Shown here in pieces: positions 22,001-30,963 of a DNA stretch of 64,000 nucleotides. A model generated the notes under the pieces. The model saw only the letters and a list, made by a program, of their open reading frames with translations, ran no database searches and had not been told where the DNA came from. The translations under genes were made by a program, and so were the position numbers. Source of the stretch: Bdellovibrionales bacterium (GTDB lineage Bacteria; Bdellovibrionota; Bdellovibrionia; Bdellovibrionales; UBA1609); NCBI GenBank assembly GCA_041690295.1, contig JAWLHR010000003.1, forward strand, positions 96,001 through 160,000, read 5' to 3'. Each line of letters opens with the position of its first letter. The stretch's first letter is position 1.

Positions 22001-22638
22001 TGCAAGGATTCAATCACGTCGGCGAAGAGTTCGATGCGGACGGGATGTGATAATGCGGGTGAAAACACATCCACGATTCCCCCGCGAAAGGAAAAAGTTC
22101 CAACGTCTTCCACGATGGGGGCATTGATATAACCGTTGGCTTCGAGACGCGCCGGCAGATCGGACGGCAGAACGTCGCCGCGTTTGAGCCGAATCACCCG
22201 CTTGGCCAGTTCTTGATAGGGCAAGCTTCTTTGTAAAAGAGCCTGTTGGGTGGCTATGAAAATGTCCCCGGGTTTCGCCGTTTGGGCCGCCCACATCCAC
22301 CGGAGGCGATCGGCGATCACGCGCCGGTTGGGATAAAGACCCGAGTAAACTCCGACATCGAACTCAGGTAAGAGGTGAAATTTCGGCTCAGGTGAAAAAA
22401 AGCGTAAGGATGTCACCAAATTCGCCGCCGCCTTGGCGGTCGCGCAAAGGATCAGATGGGGTTTTTCATTGAGTGCGATCTTGGGTTGCGAAAGCAATCC
22501 GGCCAGCAAGGTGGTCGAATCCGTTCCCACGACATCAAGCCGGGGCTCCCGATTGCGAAAATACCGGTCGAATGAATCTTCGACTTTCCAGGACCATGAC
22601 TCAAACATAACCCGCCGCGCCAAGTGCGCTGAATCCAC
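19090..22638 (-). CDS. mfd: Transcription-repair coupling factor Mfd
   Basis: CarD-like domain, GDVGFGKT, DEEQRFGV, QLRGRVGR, TRCF C-terminus. Confidence 0.98.
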   Translation of the reverse strand: MDSAHLARRVMFESWSWKVEDSFDRYFRNREPRLDVVGTDSTTLLAGLLSQPKIALNEKPHLILCATAKAAANLVTSLRFFSPEPKFHLLPEFDVGVYSGLYPNRRVIADRLRWMWAAQTAKPGDIFIATQQALLQRSLPYQELAKRVIRLKRGDVLPSDLPARLEANGYINAPIVEDVGTFSFRGGIVDVFSPALSHPVRIELFADVIESLHTFDEDSQRRLDQIEEFTIIPAQEVLFDDESRQKAAIRLKESFEGRAVDREEAQAVLHQLAQGQHFHGIEFLGSYFYDLPALPTDHFNTPLNVWKLDPFELTRAYDEFVAETKREFEVSVAQIVRPLFGEIYSAPENLEFPPDSQTISLSKVRIGEDHKTHDEGVALLPLSTSDLREFASQAKSLIGRATQLTNFLNKKFNEWRNIGQSVFIAVSTQAQAQRIKLLLEKSELNAVVTDGYQWDEWIQAQREDRRLVHIVTRPLGESLRYGDEHFILLREEDLFGHKRPRPEYKSTGTLEQRAHAFNFGDLKTGDLIVHKLHGIGVFEGLKVMPIQGVDGEFIQLKYKGNDRLYLPVYRVHQIQKYSGPSSSALIDKLGGPGWEKTKTKVRSHLRDIAAELLQLYAQRSVAERPPLPEPNADFASFEAQFPYTETVDQSRAINDVIADLSKPHPMDRLICGDVGFGKTEVAMRAAFHMASNGRQVAIIAPTTVLTFQHLETFKKRFAPWGFDIRSLNRFVPPNEVRATLRDLREGKVNIVIGTHRLLSQDVQFKDLGLLIIDEEQRFGVKHKEKLRKMRAGLDTLAMSATPIPRTLNMSLVGVRDLSLINTAPVDRLATRTFVIKFDGETIRKAIMSEVARGGQVYFIHNRVQSIYHLADQLREIVPEVRFRVAHGQMEEGELEKAMVEFFHHEIDMLVCTTIVESGMDVPAANTMFIDNAQQLGLSQLYQLRGRVGRSKERAYCYLLVPNHRKLDKDAQERLRIIQENTALGSGIRIAQYDLELRGAGDILGEEQAGHVNAVGYELYLELLEEAVRNAKGEAPVDSDVEPEINVRIPALIPDSYIGDLRIRLAYYKSLSEIESPEDIDRIEDELRDQFGKPPEPVINLMGLMLIRKICKDLSVRDLSSGESTITLAFTEKTRLSPERVIELASRSNKKYSITPDNRLRIRINEINWPRIHDELSYLASLI

Positions 22639-22712
22639 CTTCCTTCTTGGATTTGAAACAAGTGGCCATTATAAACATATGAAACGTTTCGCATCCTATC
22701 CGTGGAGTCGCC

Positions 22713-23084
22713 ATGTCGCAACTATTGCCAGTACTGGCTCTGGCGCTTTTTGTGATTATTTTTGGAACTGCATTGTTGGGCTTAGCCAACTTGATCAGCG
22801 CCAAAGCCAAGCCCAACAAAGTGAAAGACGAAACCTATGAGTGCGGTATCGCCGCGGACACCACGGGCCCCACGAAAATACCGATCAAGTTCTATCTCAC
22901 GGCCATTCTTTTTATTCTTTTCGATATTGAAATTATCTTCATGTATCCGTGGGCGCTGACTTACGGTGATTTCATCTCGCAAGGTCATGGTCTTTATATC
23001 TTACTCGCCATGGGATTCTTCCTGGCGGTGTTCGTCTTTGGTTTGTTCTGGGAAGTTCGATCCAAAGCCTTAGAGTGGGAATAA
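22713..23084 (+). CDS. nuoA: NADH-quinone oxidoreductase subunit A
   Basis: YECG, FILFDIE..FMYPWA, ALEWE. Confidence 0.96.
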   Translation: MSQLLPVLALALFVIIFGTALLGLANLISAKAKPNKVKDETYECGIAADTTGPTKIPIKFYLTAILFILFDIEIIFMYPWALTYGDFISQGHGLYILLAMGFFLAVFVFGLFWEVRSKALEWE

Positions 23085-23093
23085 TCAAACATC

Positions 23094-24254
23094 ATGGGCA
23101 CAGACATTTTTGAGATCACAGTTAATTTCGTGAAAATGGTCGTCATCTTTTTGATGATGGTCCAAATCGTGCCGTTACTGGTTTGGGTTGAACGGCGCGG
23201 CTCGGCTTTCATTCAAAACCGGTTCGGCCCCAATCGGGTGGGCCCCTTGGGTCTGACCCAGCTTCTCGCTGACGCGGTGAAATTTCTCACTAAAGAGGAA
23301 TTCATCCCGGAGCGCGGCTATCCTTTCCTTTTTTACGCCGCACCCGTGGTGGCCATGATCCCCGCGACACTGGCGCTCAATGCTTTGCCTCTTTCCGTAC
23401 CGATTCAGGTCGAAGCTTTTGAAATGTTCGGACAAACCTGGGGACCGTACACCTTTTTATTCCAAGGCTACGAATTCGGCATCGGGATCGTCTTTGTTTT
23501 GGGTGTGTCCTCTCTCGCCGCCTACGCTTTGCTGTTGGCCGGTTACGGCAGCAATAATAAATACTCGCTTTTCGGAGCGCTTCGCGCCAGCGCGCAGACG
23601 ATCAGCTACGAACTGGCGATGGGACTTTCCATCGTCGGCGTGATCATGCTCTTCAACACTTTCAACTTCACCGAAATGATCAACGCGCAATCCGGCCCGC
23701 TCAGCTTCTCTTTCTTGGGGAAAGCCGTGGAAATTCCAGCGCTTCCCAATTGGGGAATTTTTTATCAGCCGCTGGGGGCGTTGATTTTATTCGCCGCTAT
23801 GTTCGCCGAGGCCAACCGTTTGCCATTTGACTTGCCAGAAGCTGAAGGTGAGTTGGTGGCCGGTTATCACACTGAGTATTCGGGATTTAAATTCAACATG
23901 TTCTTCATCGGTGAATATGGCCATATGTTCGTGGCCTCGGCGCTCATGGTGATTTTTTATTTCGGTGGTTACACGCTTTATCCGTGGCTAACTCCCGAAA
24001 GTGTCGGTGCCTGGTTCGCGGGTTTTTCGCCGACCAAAGCCAGCGTGCTCACCGCACTTGTTCTGCACGTGGTGTTCATGGCCAAAGTGGTTCTCTTTTT
24101 GTGGATTTTCATTTGGGTGCGTTGGACTTTGCCGCGATTCCGCTATGACCAATTGATGGATCTGGGCTGGCGAACCATGTTGCCTTGGGCTTTGGCCAAT
24201 ACCATCATCACCGCCGTGGTCATTCTGATCATGCGAACTTCGTGGGGTAGTTGA
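23094..24254 (+). CDS. nuoH: NADH-quinone oxidoreductase subunit H
   Basis: GPNRVGP, RLPFDLPEAE.EL, PRFRYDQLM. Confidence 0.97.
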   Translation: MGTDIFEITVNFVKMVVIFLMMVQIVPLLVWVERRGSAFIQNRFGPNRVGPLGLTQLLADAVKFLTKEEFIPERGYPFLFYAAPVVAMIPATLALNALPLSVPIQVEAFEMFGQTWGPYTFLFQGYEFGIGIVFVLGVSSLAAYALLLAGYGSNNKYSLFGALRASAQTISYELAMGLSIVGVIMLFNTFNFTEMINAQSGPLSFSFLGKAVEIPALPNWGIFYQPLGALILFAAMFAEANRLPFDLPEAEGELVAGYHTEYSGFKFNMFFIGEYGHMFVASALMVIFYFGGYTLYPWLTPESVGAWFAGFSPTKASVLTALVLHVVFMAKVVLFLWIFIWVRWTLPRFRYDQLMDLGWRTMLPWALANTIITAVVILIMRTSWGS

Positions 24255-24256
24255 CG

Positions 24257-24778
24257 ATGTTGTGGGAAGCAATCGGCTTTTATTCTTTGGCTCTATTTCT
24301 TTTGTTCTTCGGATATAAGACCATCACCGTTCCGAATCCGATCCATGCCGCGCTCTATCTGGTGCTGACCATGATTGGTTTGGCCGGCACGTTCTACAAT
24401 TTAGGCGCGCACTTCATCGCCGGCGTTCAGCTGATCGTTTACGCCGGCGCGGTCATGGTTCTCTTCGTGATCGTCCTCATGTTGTTTGATTTGCGGGCTG
24501 AAATCCGCTCGTTCACCAGGGGATTGTTTTCCGGATCGCTGAAAGTAATTTCGGCGGCGATGCTGGCCGGCCTCGCGCTTGGCGCGGCCAACAGTTCGGT
24601 GGCGATTGTTGAACCGCAATCATTGCCGGCCGCGGTGGATACAACCCGACAGTTAGGTCATCTGCTTTACACAAAGTATCTCTACGCTTTTGAAGCTTTA
24701 GGCGTGCTTCTGCTGGTGGTCGCTGTGGGCGTGGTGGCGGTCTCGCGGAGCAAGGGAGGAACACATGCCCAGCATTGA
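24257..24778 (+). CDS. nuoJ: NADH-quinone oxidoreductase subunit J
   Basis: NPIHAAL, QLIVYAGAVMVLF (TTG 24251 alternative start). Confidence 0.95.
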   Translation: MLWEAIGFYSLALFLLFFGYKTITVPNPIHAALYLVLTMIGLAGTFYNLGAHFIAGVQLIVYAGAVMVLFVIVLMLFDLRAEIRSFTRGLFSGSLKVISAAMLAGLALGAANSSVAIVEPQSLPAAVDTTRQLGHLLYTKYLYAFEALGVLLLVVAVGVVAVSRSKGGTHAQH

Positions 24779-25091
24779 AACATTGATGCACATCGGATTG
24801 CCCCATTACATGTTTTTGTCGGCCATCCTTTTTTCGTTCGGAATGATCGCCGTTTTGATGCGGCGGAATGTGATCGTGATGCTGATGGGGATCGAATTGA
24901 TGTTGAACGCGGTGAATTTGTCGTTTGTGGCGTTCGCGCGTGAGAGCGGATCACTGAACGGTCACATTATGGTGTTCTTTGTCATGACGATCGCCGCGGC
25001 GGAAGCCGGTGTGGGTCTGGCCCTGGCGGTTGCGATTTACAAAAAGTTTCACGAAGTGAACATTCGCTTTTTTGAGCATTTGCGAGGCTGA
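24765..25091 (+). CDS. nuoK: NADH-quinone oxidoreductase subunit K
   Basis: RRN, ELMLNAVN, AAAEAGVGLA. Confidence 0.96.
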   Translation: MPSIETLMHIGLPHYMFLSAILFSFGMIAVLMRRNVIVMLMGIELMLNAVNLSFVAFARESGSLNGHIMVFFVMTIAAAEAGVGLALAVAIYKKFHEVNIRFFEHLRG

Positions 25092-25093
25092 TC

Positions 25094-27031
25094 ATGAATC
25101 ACGCGCTGGTCCTTTTAACTCTACTTCTCGCCCCGTTGATCGGCTTTTTGTTCAATGGAATCCGCTTCCGTGCTCAAAATGCGGTGCTCGCGGGAACAGT
25201 GGCCACGGTGGCCGCGGGAATTTCGTTCATCTGTTCAATCATTCTTTTCGCTCAACTTTTAGCTCTGCCGGCGGAACAGCGGGTGCTGGCGACCCAGTTT
25301 TATGACTGGATTTCGGTGGGGAATCTGAGAATTCCGTTCGGTTTCGTCGTGGATCAAATCAGCGGCATCATGATTCTCATCGTCGCCGGTGTCGGCAGCC
25401 TGATTCACCTTTTCAGTATCGGCTATATGGCCCACGATGAGCGGCCGTCCAAATACTTCGCCTATCTGAACCTGTTTCTCTTTAACATGTTGCTTTTGGT
25501 TCTGGGTGATAACCTGGTGGTGACCTTCGTCGGATGGGAAGGTGTTGGTTATTGCTCGTACCTGCTTATCGGATTCTGGTTCTCCGATGAGGCCAAAGCG
25601 GCCGCGGGGATGAAAGCTTTTATTACCAATCGGATCGGCGACGCCGGCTTTTTGATTGGGATGTTCATTCTCTTTGTGACTTTTGGATCTTTGAACTACG
25701 CGGACTTGATTCAGTTGATTCCTCCCGTCATTGAAACCGGATGGTTGGGCCCGATCACGTTGGCCTGTTTGCTCTTGTTCGTGGGCGCCACCGGTAAATC
25801 GGCGCAGATTCCGCTTTATGTTTGGTTGCCGGACGCGATGGCCGGCCCCACCCCGGTTTCGGCCTTGATTCACGCGGCCACCATGGTGACCGCCGGTGTT
25901 TATCTTTTTGTCCGCATGAGTCCCATTCTGGTCTTGGCGCCGCACGCGATGGAAGTGATCGCGTGGACGGGAGCCGCCACGGCGCTGGTGGCCGCCACCA
26001 TCGGCACCACCCAATGGGATATCAAAAAGATCCTCGCTTATTCGACGGTTTCTCAGCTGGGATACATGTTCCTCGCGGTGGGAGTGGGCGCCTTCTCGGC
26101 GGCGCAATTCCATTTGATGACCCACGCCTTCTTTAAAGCGCTGATGTTCTTGGGTTCGGGTTCGGTGATCCATGCCATGCACGAAGAACAGGATGTGCGC
26201 AAAATGGGCGGGCTGAGTAAGTATATGCCCATTACCTATTTCACATTCCTGATGGGTTGGCTGGCGATTATCGGAATTCCGCCGTTCGCGGGATTTTTCA
26301 GTAAAGATGAAATTCTCTGGTATGCGTTCTCAAGCCCTCACGGCAGCAAGGCCTTGTGGTTCATTGGCGCGGTGACCGCGGCGTGCACCGCATTTTACAT
26401 GACTCGTTTGATGGCGTTGACGTTTTGGGGCAAGCCCCGTTTCGGCAGCGACGTGCATCCCCACGAGTCGCCGCCCACGATGGCGATTCCTTTGATCGCC
26501 TTGGCGGTCTTGTCGGTGATCGGCGGCTGGGTGGGAATTCCCCACGTGATCGGAGAAATTCTTCCCGGTCACCCAGCCAATTATTTTCATAACTGGCTAG
26601 AGCCGGTGATCGGCAAAGTTGGCTCTGGGCACGGCAGCGCCATGGTTGAGTGGGCTCTCATAGGAATCTCGGTGAGTTTGGCGGTGATCGGCGCGTTGAT
26701 CGCCTATAATTCGTACGTCGTCCATCCCGAGCAATCGGCCAAGTTCGCGAAATTGCTCGGGCCCGTTCATACGCTGGTGGCCAACAAATACTATGTCGAT
26801 GAATTTTATTTTTCGCGCATTATCAATCCTCTTGTTCGCGGTTCGCGGGCGTTATGGCTCTACATTGACGTGAATTTCATTGATAAGGCGACTTATGTCG
26901 CGGGTGATTTGGTGGCGGGAGCGGCCTCTTTTGTCCGCACCGTGCAGAGTGGAAAAACCCAAAGCTATGCGTTGTACATGGCGCTGGGATTGGTTCTCGT
27001 GATCGCGCTGACATTAGGAAGATTCGTTTGA
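25094..27031 (+). CDS. nuoL: NADH-quinone oxidoreductase subunit L
   Basis: GKSAQ.PL.VWLPDAMAGPTPVSALIHAATMV. Confidence 0.97.
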   Translation: MNHALVLLTLLLAPLIGFLFNGIRFRAQNAVLAGTVATVAAGISFICSIILFAQLLALPAEQRVLATQFYDWISVGNLRIPFGFVVDQISGIMILIVAGVGSLIHLFSIGYMAHDERPSKYFAYLNLFLFNMLLLVLGDNLVVTFVGWEGVGYCSYLLIGFWFSDEAKAAAGMKAFITNRIGDAGFLIGMFILFVTFGSLNYADLIQLIPPVIETGWLGPITLACLLLFVGATGKSAQIPLYVWLPDAMAGPTPVSALIHAATMVTAGVYLFVRMSPILVLAPHAMEVIAWTGAATALVAATIGTTQWDIKKILAYSTVSQLGYMFLAVGVGAFSAAQFHLMTHAFFKALMFLGSGSVIHAMHEEQDVRKMGGLSKYMPITYFTFLMGWLAIIGIPPFAGFFSKDEILWYAFSSPHGSKALWFIGAVTAACTAFYMTRLMALTFWGKPRFGSDVHPHESPPTMAIPLIALAVLSVIGGWVGIPHVIGEILPGHPANYFHNWLEPVIGKVGSGHGSAMVEWALIGISVSLAVIGALIAYNSYVVHPEQSAKFAKLLGPVHTLVANKYYVDEFYFSRIINPLVRGSRALWLYIDVNFIDKATYVAGDLVAGAASFVRTVQSGKTQSYALYMALGLVLVIALTLGRFV

Positions 27032-27038
27032 GGTCGAG

Positions 27039-28553
27039 ATGACACTTTCAATTTTGGTTTTTTTGCCTTTGTGGTTTGCATTGATCGTGGCGCTTTTGCC
27101 AGATCAGCGGTGGATTCGGCCGGTCTCTCTTGGCCTTTCCCTGCTTCACTTCATTCTTTGTCTGGTGCTGTTTTACCAGTTCGATCCCTCGAAAGCGTCG
27201 GTTCAATTGGTTGAACGATATGAGTGGCTTCCGACCTTCGGAATCAGTTATTTCCTGGGAATCGACGGGATTTCATTTTGGCTGGTCATGCTTTCGGCGT
27301 TCCTTACGCCTCTGGTGATTCTCGGCAGTTGGACCGCGATTAAAGACAATGTTCGTTCGTTCCATGTGTGTTTGTTCCTCTTGCTGACCAGCATGATGGG
27401 AACCTTTCTCGCCTTGGACAGCGTGCTCTTTTATGTGTTTTTCGAAGCCTCACTGATTCCGATGTATTTCTTGGTGGGGGTGTGGGGCGGACCGCGCCGT
27501 CTTTACGCGACGATGAAATTTTTCATCTACACCATGGCGGGATCTCTTTTCATGTTGATCGCGATCATCGCCTTGATTTTCATGACCCAGCAACAATTCG
27601 GTCAGATGAGCGCCAGCGTGCTCGATTTTTACAAATTGAACATTCCTTTCGTGGGTAACGATCTATTAAACACGCAAACGCTGTTGTTCTTCGCCTTCGC
27701 CCTGGCGTTCGCCATCAAAGTTCCGATGTTCCCGGTGCACACTTGGTTGCCGGACGCCCACGTTGAGGCGCCCACCGCCGGTTCGGTGATCCTTGCGGCG
27801 GTGATGTTGAAAATGGGAACTTATGGCTTCATGCGCTTCGTTTTGCCGATTTTTCCCGAAGCCGCGGAACATTGGGCTTGGTTGTTCATGCTCCTGGGCG
27901 TGATCGGAATCATCTACGGCGCTTTGGTGGCCATGATCCAACCGGACATGAAAAAGCTGGTTGCCTATTCATCCGTTTCCCATATGGGTTATGTGATTTT
28001 AGGATTGTTCGCTCTTAACGTTTACGGCGTGACCGGCGGGCTTTATCAAATGTTGAATCACGGGATTTCGACCGGTGCGCTCTTCCTTTTGGTCGGTATG
28101 ATTTACGAGCGGACTCATTCGCGGCAAATCGCCGAGTACGGTGGGCTCGCGAAAGTCGCGCCGATTTTCGCCATCTTCTTTGTAATCGTCACATTCTCTA
28201 GTATCGCGGTTCCCTTGACGAACGGGTTCGTGGGGGAATTCCTTATTCTCCTCGGCGGGTTCGCGGCCAATAAGATCTATGGATCGCTGGCGGTCTTGGG
28301 CGTGATTCTCGGCGCCGTTTATCTGCTTTGGATGGTGAAGCGGATTTTCTTCGGCGACACTGGAAAAGTCGTGAAAGAAGCCCATGGCACGCCTCTCGAC
28401 GTGGGAGCGCGTGAGATCATGGTCATGACTCCGCTGGTGATTTTAATTTTCTGGATGGGAATTTTCCCGGGTGATTTCTTGCGTTGGTCCCAAGCCAGTT
28501 TGGACCATTTCGTTAATCATCGCACACAATATGAATTGAGCGTGGAAGAGTAA
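27039..28553 (+). CDS. nuoM: NADH-quinone oxidoreductase subunit M
   Basis: HTWLPDAHVEAPTAGSV, LKMGTYG. Confidence 0.97.
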   Translation: MTLSILVFLPLWFALIVALLPDQRWIRPVSLGLSLLHFILCLVLFYQFDPSKASVQLVERYEWLPTFGISYFLGIDGISFWLVMLSAFLTPLVILGSWTAIKDNVRSFHVCLFLLLTSMMGTFLALDSVLFYVFFEASLIPMYFLVGVWGGPRRLYATMKFFIYTMAGSLFMLIAIIALIFMTQQQFGQMSASVLDFYKLNIPFVGNDLLNTQTLLFFAFALAFAIKVPMFPVHTWLPDAHVEAPTAGSVILAAVMLKMGTYGFMRFVLPIFPEAAEHWAWLFMLLGVIGIIYGALVAMIQPDMKKLVAYSSVSHMGYVILGLFALNVYGVTGGLYQMLNHGISTGALFLLVGMIYERTHSRQIAEYGGLAKVAPIFAIFFVIVTFSSIAVPLTNGFVGEFLILLGGFAANKIYGSLAVLGVILGAVYLLWMVKRIFFGDTGKVVKEAHGTPLDVGAREIMVMTPLVILIFWMGIFPGDFLRWSQASLDHFVNHRTQYELSVEE

Positions 28554-28554
28554 T

Positions 28555-30024
28555 ATGGAAATTCAGTTCGGACTTATTGATTTCATTTTGGTATCTCCCG
28601 CGGTGGCACTCTTCCTCTTCAGCTGTGTGCCCTTGCTGATCAAAGTTCTGCGTGGCAACCGCGAGCAAAATCAGTTCGCCACATTGATTTACGGAATCAT
28701 CGGCGTGGTGACGGCCGTGGGCCTTCTCGTTCCCACGATGGGTGTGGAGCGGACGGCCTTTGATGGAGCGTTGATTTTCGACGGGATCTCTTCATTCACT
28801 TCGTTGATTTTACTTTTGGTGACGGCGGTGGGTTTAACGTTCGCCCGTGACAGCCGATCCACAAATCCCAATCAGTTCACGGAAAATGTCTTTTTGATGA
28901 TGAATTGCACGGTGGGGATGCTCACCATGGCTTGGGCCAACGATCTCATCATTTTGTTCGTCGGCCTGGAGCTCTTTTCGCTCTGTCTTTACATGATGAT
29001 CGCCTTGAGCTTGGAAGAAAAACTCTCCAAAGAGGCGGCGTTTAAGTACTTCATCCTTGGAAGCTTCGCTTCGGCGGTCATGCTCTACGGTATTTCGTTC
29101 ATCTACGGAACCGTTGGCTCCACTTATTTGCCTGAATTTTTGGACGCGTCCCAAAGTCTGCTCGGAACCAATCGGCTGTTCTTGATCGGATTCATTCTTT
29201 TGATTTTCGGGCTTTGCTTTAAGGTTTCAGTGTTTCCGTTTCACGCCTGGGCGCCGGATGTGTACCAGGGATCTCCGACGCCACTGACCGCTTATATGGC
29301 GACGGGAGTGAAAGCGGTTTCTTTCGCGTTCTTACTTCGCCTGGTGGCCGCGCAAGGTTTCACCGTCGAGAGATTTTGGCCGTTTGTCGATACTCTCCAG
29401 TGGCTCGCCGCTTTAACGATTTTGATCGGCAATGTGGGCGCGTTCCGGCAGAAGAGTTTGAAACGCATGTTGGCTTATTCCAGCATCGCCCATAGCGGCT
29501 ATGTCATGATCGGTGTGATCGCCGCCGGCATCGGCGGCTCCAGCATGCTGGGCGCTTCGAGCGTTCTTTATTACATCTTTGCCTACACTTTGATGACCGC
29601 GGGAGCGTTCGGCGTTCTTCATCTGCTTGAGCCTCAACCTGAATCCGACCTGACTTATGAAGATCTGCGTGGACTGGGTTCGGAGCGACCGTGGTTGGCG
29701 TTGAGCATGACGATTTTACTGATCAGCCTTGCGGGTATTCCGCCCACGCTCGGATTTTTCGGTAAATTCTTTTTGTTCTCCGCGGCGATTAAGCAGGGGC
29801 TGGTTTGGCTGGCGATTTGGGGTGTGATTGGAAGTATCATCAGCCTTTACTATTATCTGCGGCCGGTGTTGGCGATGTATATGGAAGAGCCGCTATTCAA
29901 CCGCGGCCAATCCGAACTGCGCCCGCTCAGCTACTTTACGGTGACGACACTGGCATTTGTAATTCTCATCATCGGCCTCGGATCGGAGCCGTTTTATCAG
30001 CTGATTCTCGCCGCACTAACGTAG
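28555..30024 (+). CDS. nuoN: NADH-quinone oxidoreductase subunit N
   Basis: EAAFKYF, PFHAWAPDVYQG, KRMLAYSSIAH. Confidence 0.97.
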   Translation: MEIQFGLIDFILVSPAVALFLFSCVPLLIKVLRGNREQNQFATLIYGIIGVVTAVGLLVPTMGVERTAFDGALIFDGISSFTSLILLLVTAVGLTFARDSRSTNPNQFTENVFLMMNCTVGMLTMAWANDLIILFVGLELFSLCLYMMIALSLEEKLSKEAAFKYFILGSFASAVMLYGISFIYGTVGSTYLPEFLDASQSLLGTNRLFLIGFILLIFGLCFKVSVFPFHAWAPDVYQGSPTPLTAYMATGVKAVSFAFLLRLVAAQGFTVERFWPFVDTLQWLAALTILIGNVGAFRQKSLKRMLAYSSIAHSGYVMIGVIAAGIGGSSMLGASSVLYYIFAYTLMTAGAFGVLHLLEPQPESDLTYEDLRGLGSERPWLALSMTILLISLAGIPPTLGFFGKFFLFSAAIKQGLVWLAIWGVIGSIISLYYYLRPVLAMYMEEPLFNRGQSELRPLSYFTVTTLAFVILIIGLGSEPFYQLILAALT

Positions 30025-30044
30025 GCCGTTCCTTTTCAGGATGC
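30021..30044 (+). repeat. GTAG-type REP-like repeat, single copy (GTAGGCCGTTCCTTTTCAGGATGC)
   Basis: 24-nt exact match to both arms of the doublet at 45088-45142. Confidence 0.8.
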
Positions 30045-30081
30045 ATTACGTTAGTGATCGCTCAACTCGAGGAATCACCTG

Positions 30082-30963
30082 ATGGATTTAGTGGCCCTTG
30101 CCCCTCGTGAACTTGGCCATGTCTTGATCGATGAGCTCGGCGATCGAATTATTGAACAGCGAGATCGGCTTTTTTTAATCAAGGGCAAAGCGCGGCCACT
30201 TTTTTGCCAGAATCTTTGGCTGGAGCCGCGGATTTTTAAATTCAAATCCATATCAGAGGCCGCTAAGCACTTGAGATCCATTCAGCGCAATTGGTGGCTT
30301 CATTCCACGTCCCATCACCGGCGGGCCAAATTGATCGCCGAACAGCTGCCCGTGCTCAAACCAAAGCGACTGGATTTTCTCGCTCCCATTCCAAAATCGC
30401 CGCTGGGTTCCTGGACCTTGCTTGATAGCGAGACAATGTTGTACTCGACGGATTGTTCCAGCCCCTTCCCCGACGGCGAGATCGAGTTTAACGAGGATAA
30501 AGAGAATCCGCCGTCGCGAGCTTATTTGAAGTTATGGGAACTCTTCACAATAACAGGTGTTTATCCGAGGTCGGGGAGCCGGGTTGTTGACCTTGGGTCG
30601 TCGCCCGGTGGCTGGACTTGGGTCTTGGATGCGCTGGAGTGCCAGGTGATCAGCGTGGACAAAGCGCCACTTTCGCCACAGCTTAAGTTATCCAATCGGG
30701 TGGAGTATCGCGCGGAAAGCGCGTTTGCCATGGAACCTTTCGCGGTCGATTGGTTATTTTCCGACGTGATTTGTTATCCCGATCGTTTGTTGAAGCTGGT
30801 CCAAAGTTGGGAATCCGTGGCCGCAAATATGGTTTGTACGATCAAATTTCAAGGCCAAACTGATTTCAAGATCGTGAGTGAGTTTCTGAAAGTGCCGGGG
30901 TCCGGTGTCATTCATCTTTATAACAACAAACACGAACTGACCTGGTTCCGATTCAAAACCTAA
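30082..30963 (+). CDS. RlmM/FtsJ-like SAM-dependent RNA 2'-O-methyltransferase
   Basis: PPSRAYLKLWE, DLGSSPGGWT, SDV, K, NKHE. Confidence 0.85.
   Translation: MDLVALAPRELGHVLIDELGDRIIEQRDRLFLIKGKARPLFCQNLWLEPRIFKFKSISEAAKHLRSIQRNWWLHSTSHHRRAKLIAEQLPVLKPKRLDFLAPIPKSPLGSWTLLDSETMLYSTDCSSPFPDGEIEFNEDKENPPSRAYLKLWELFTITGVYPRSGSRVVDLGSSPGGWTWVLDALECQVISVDKAPLSPQLKLSNRVEYRAESAFAMEPFAVDWLFSDVICYPDRLLKLVQSWESVAANMVCTIKFQGQTDFKIVSEFLKVPGSGVIHLYNNKHELTWFRFKT

Noticed and set aside
23873..23882. Isolated GANTANTC cores (also near 1565, 39972, 51856, 54807, 59656, 59979, 63845)
   Set aside because: Unclustered or weakly flanked, at about the frequency expected by chance; treated as background
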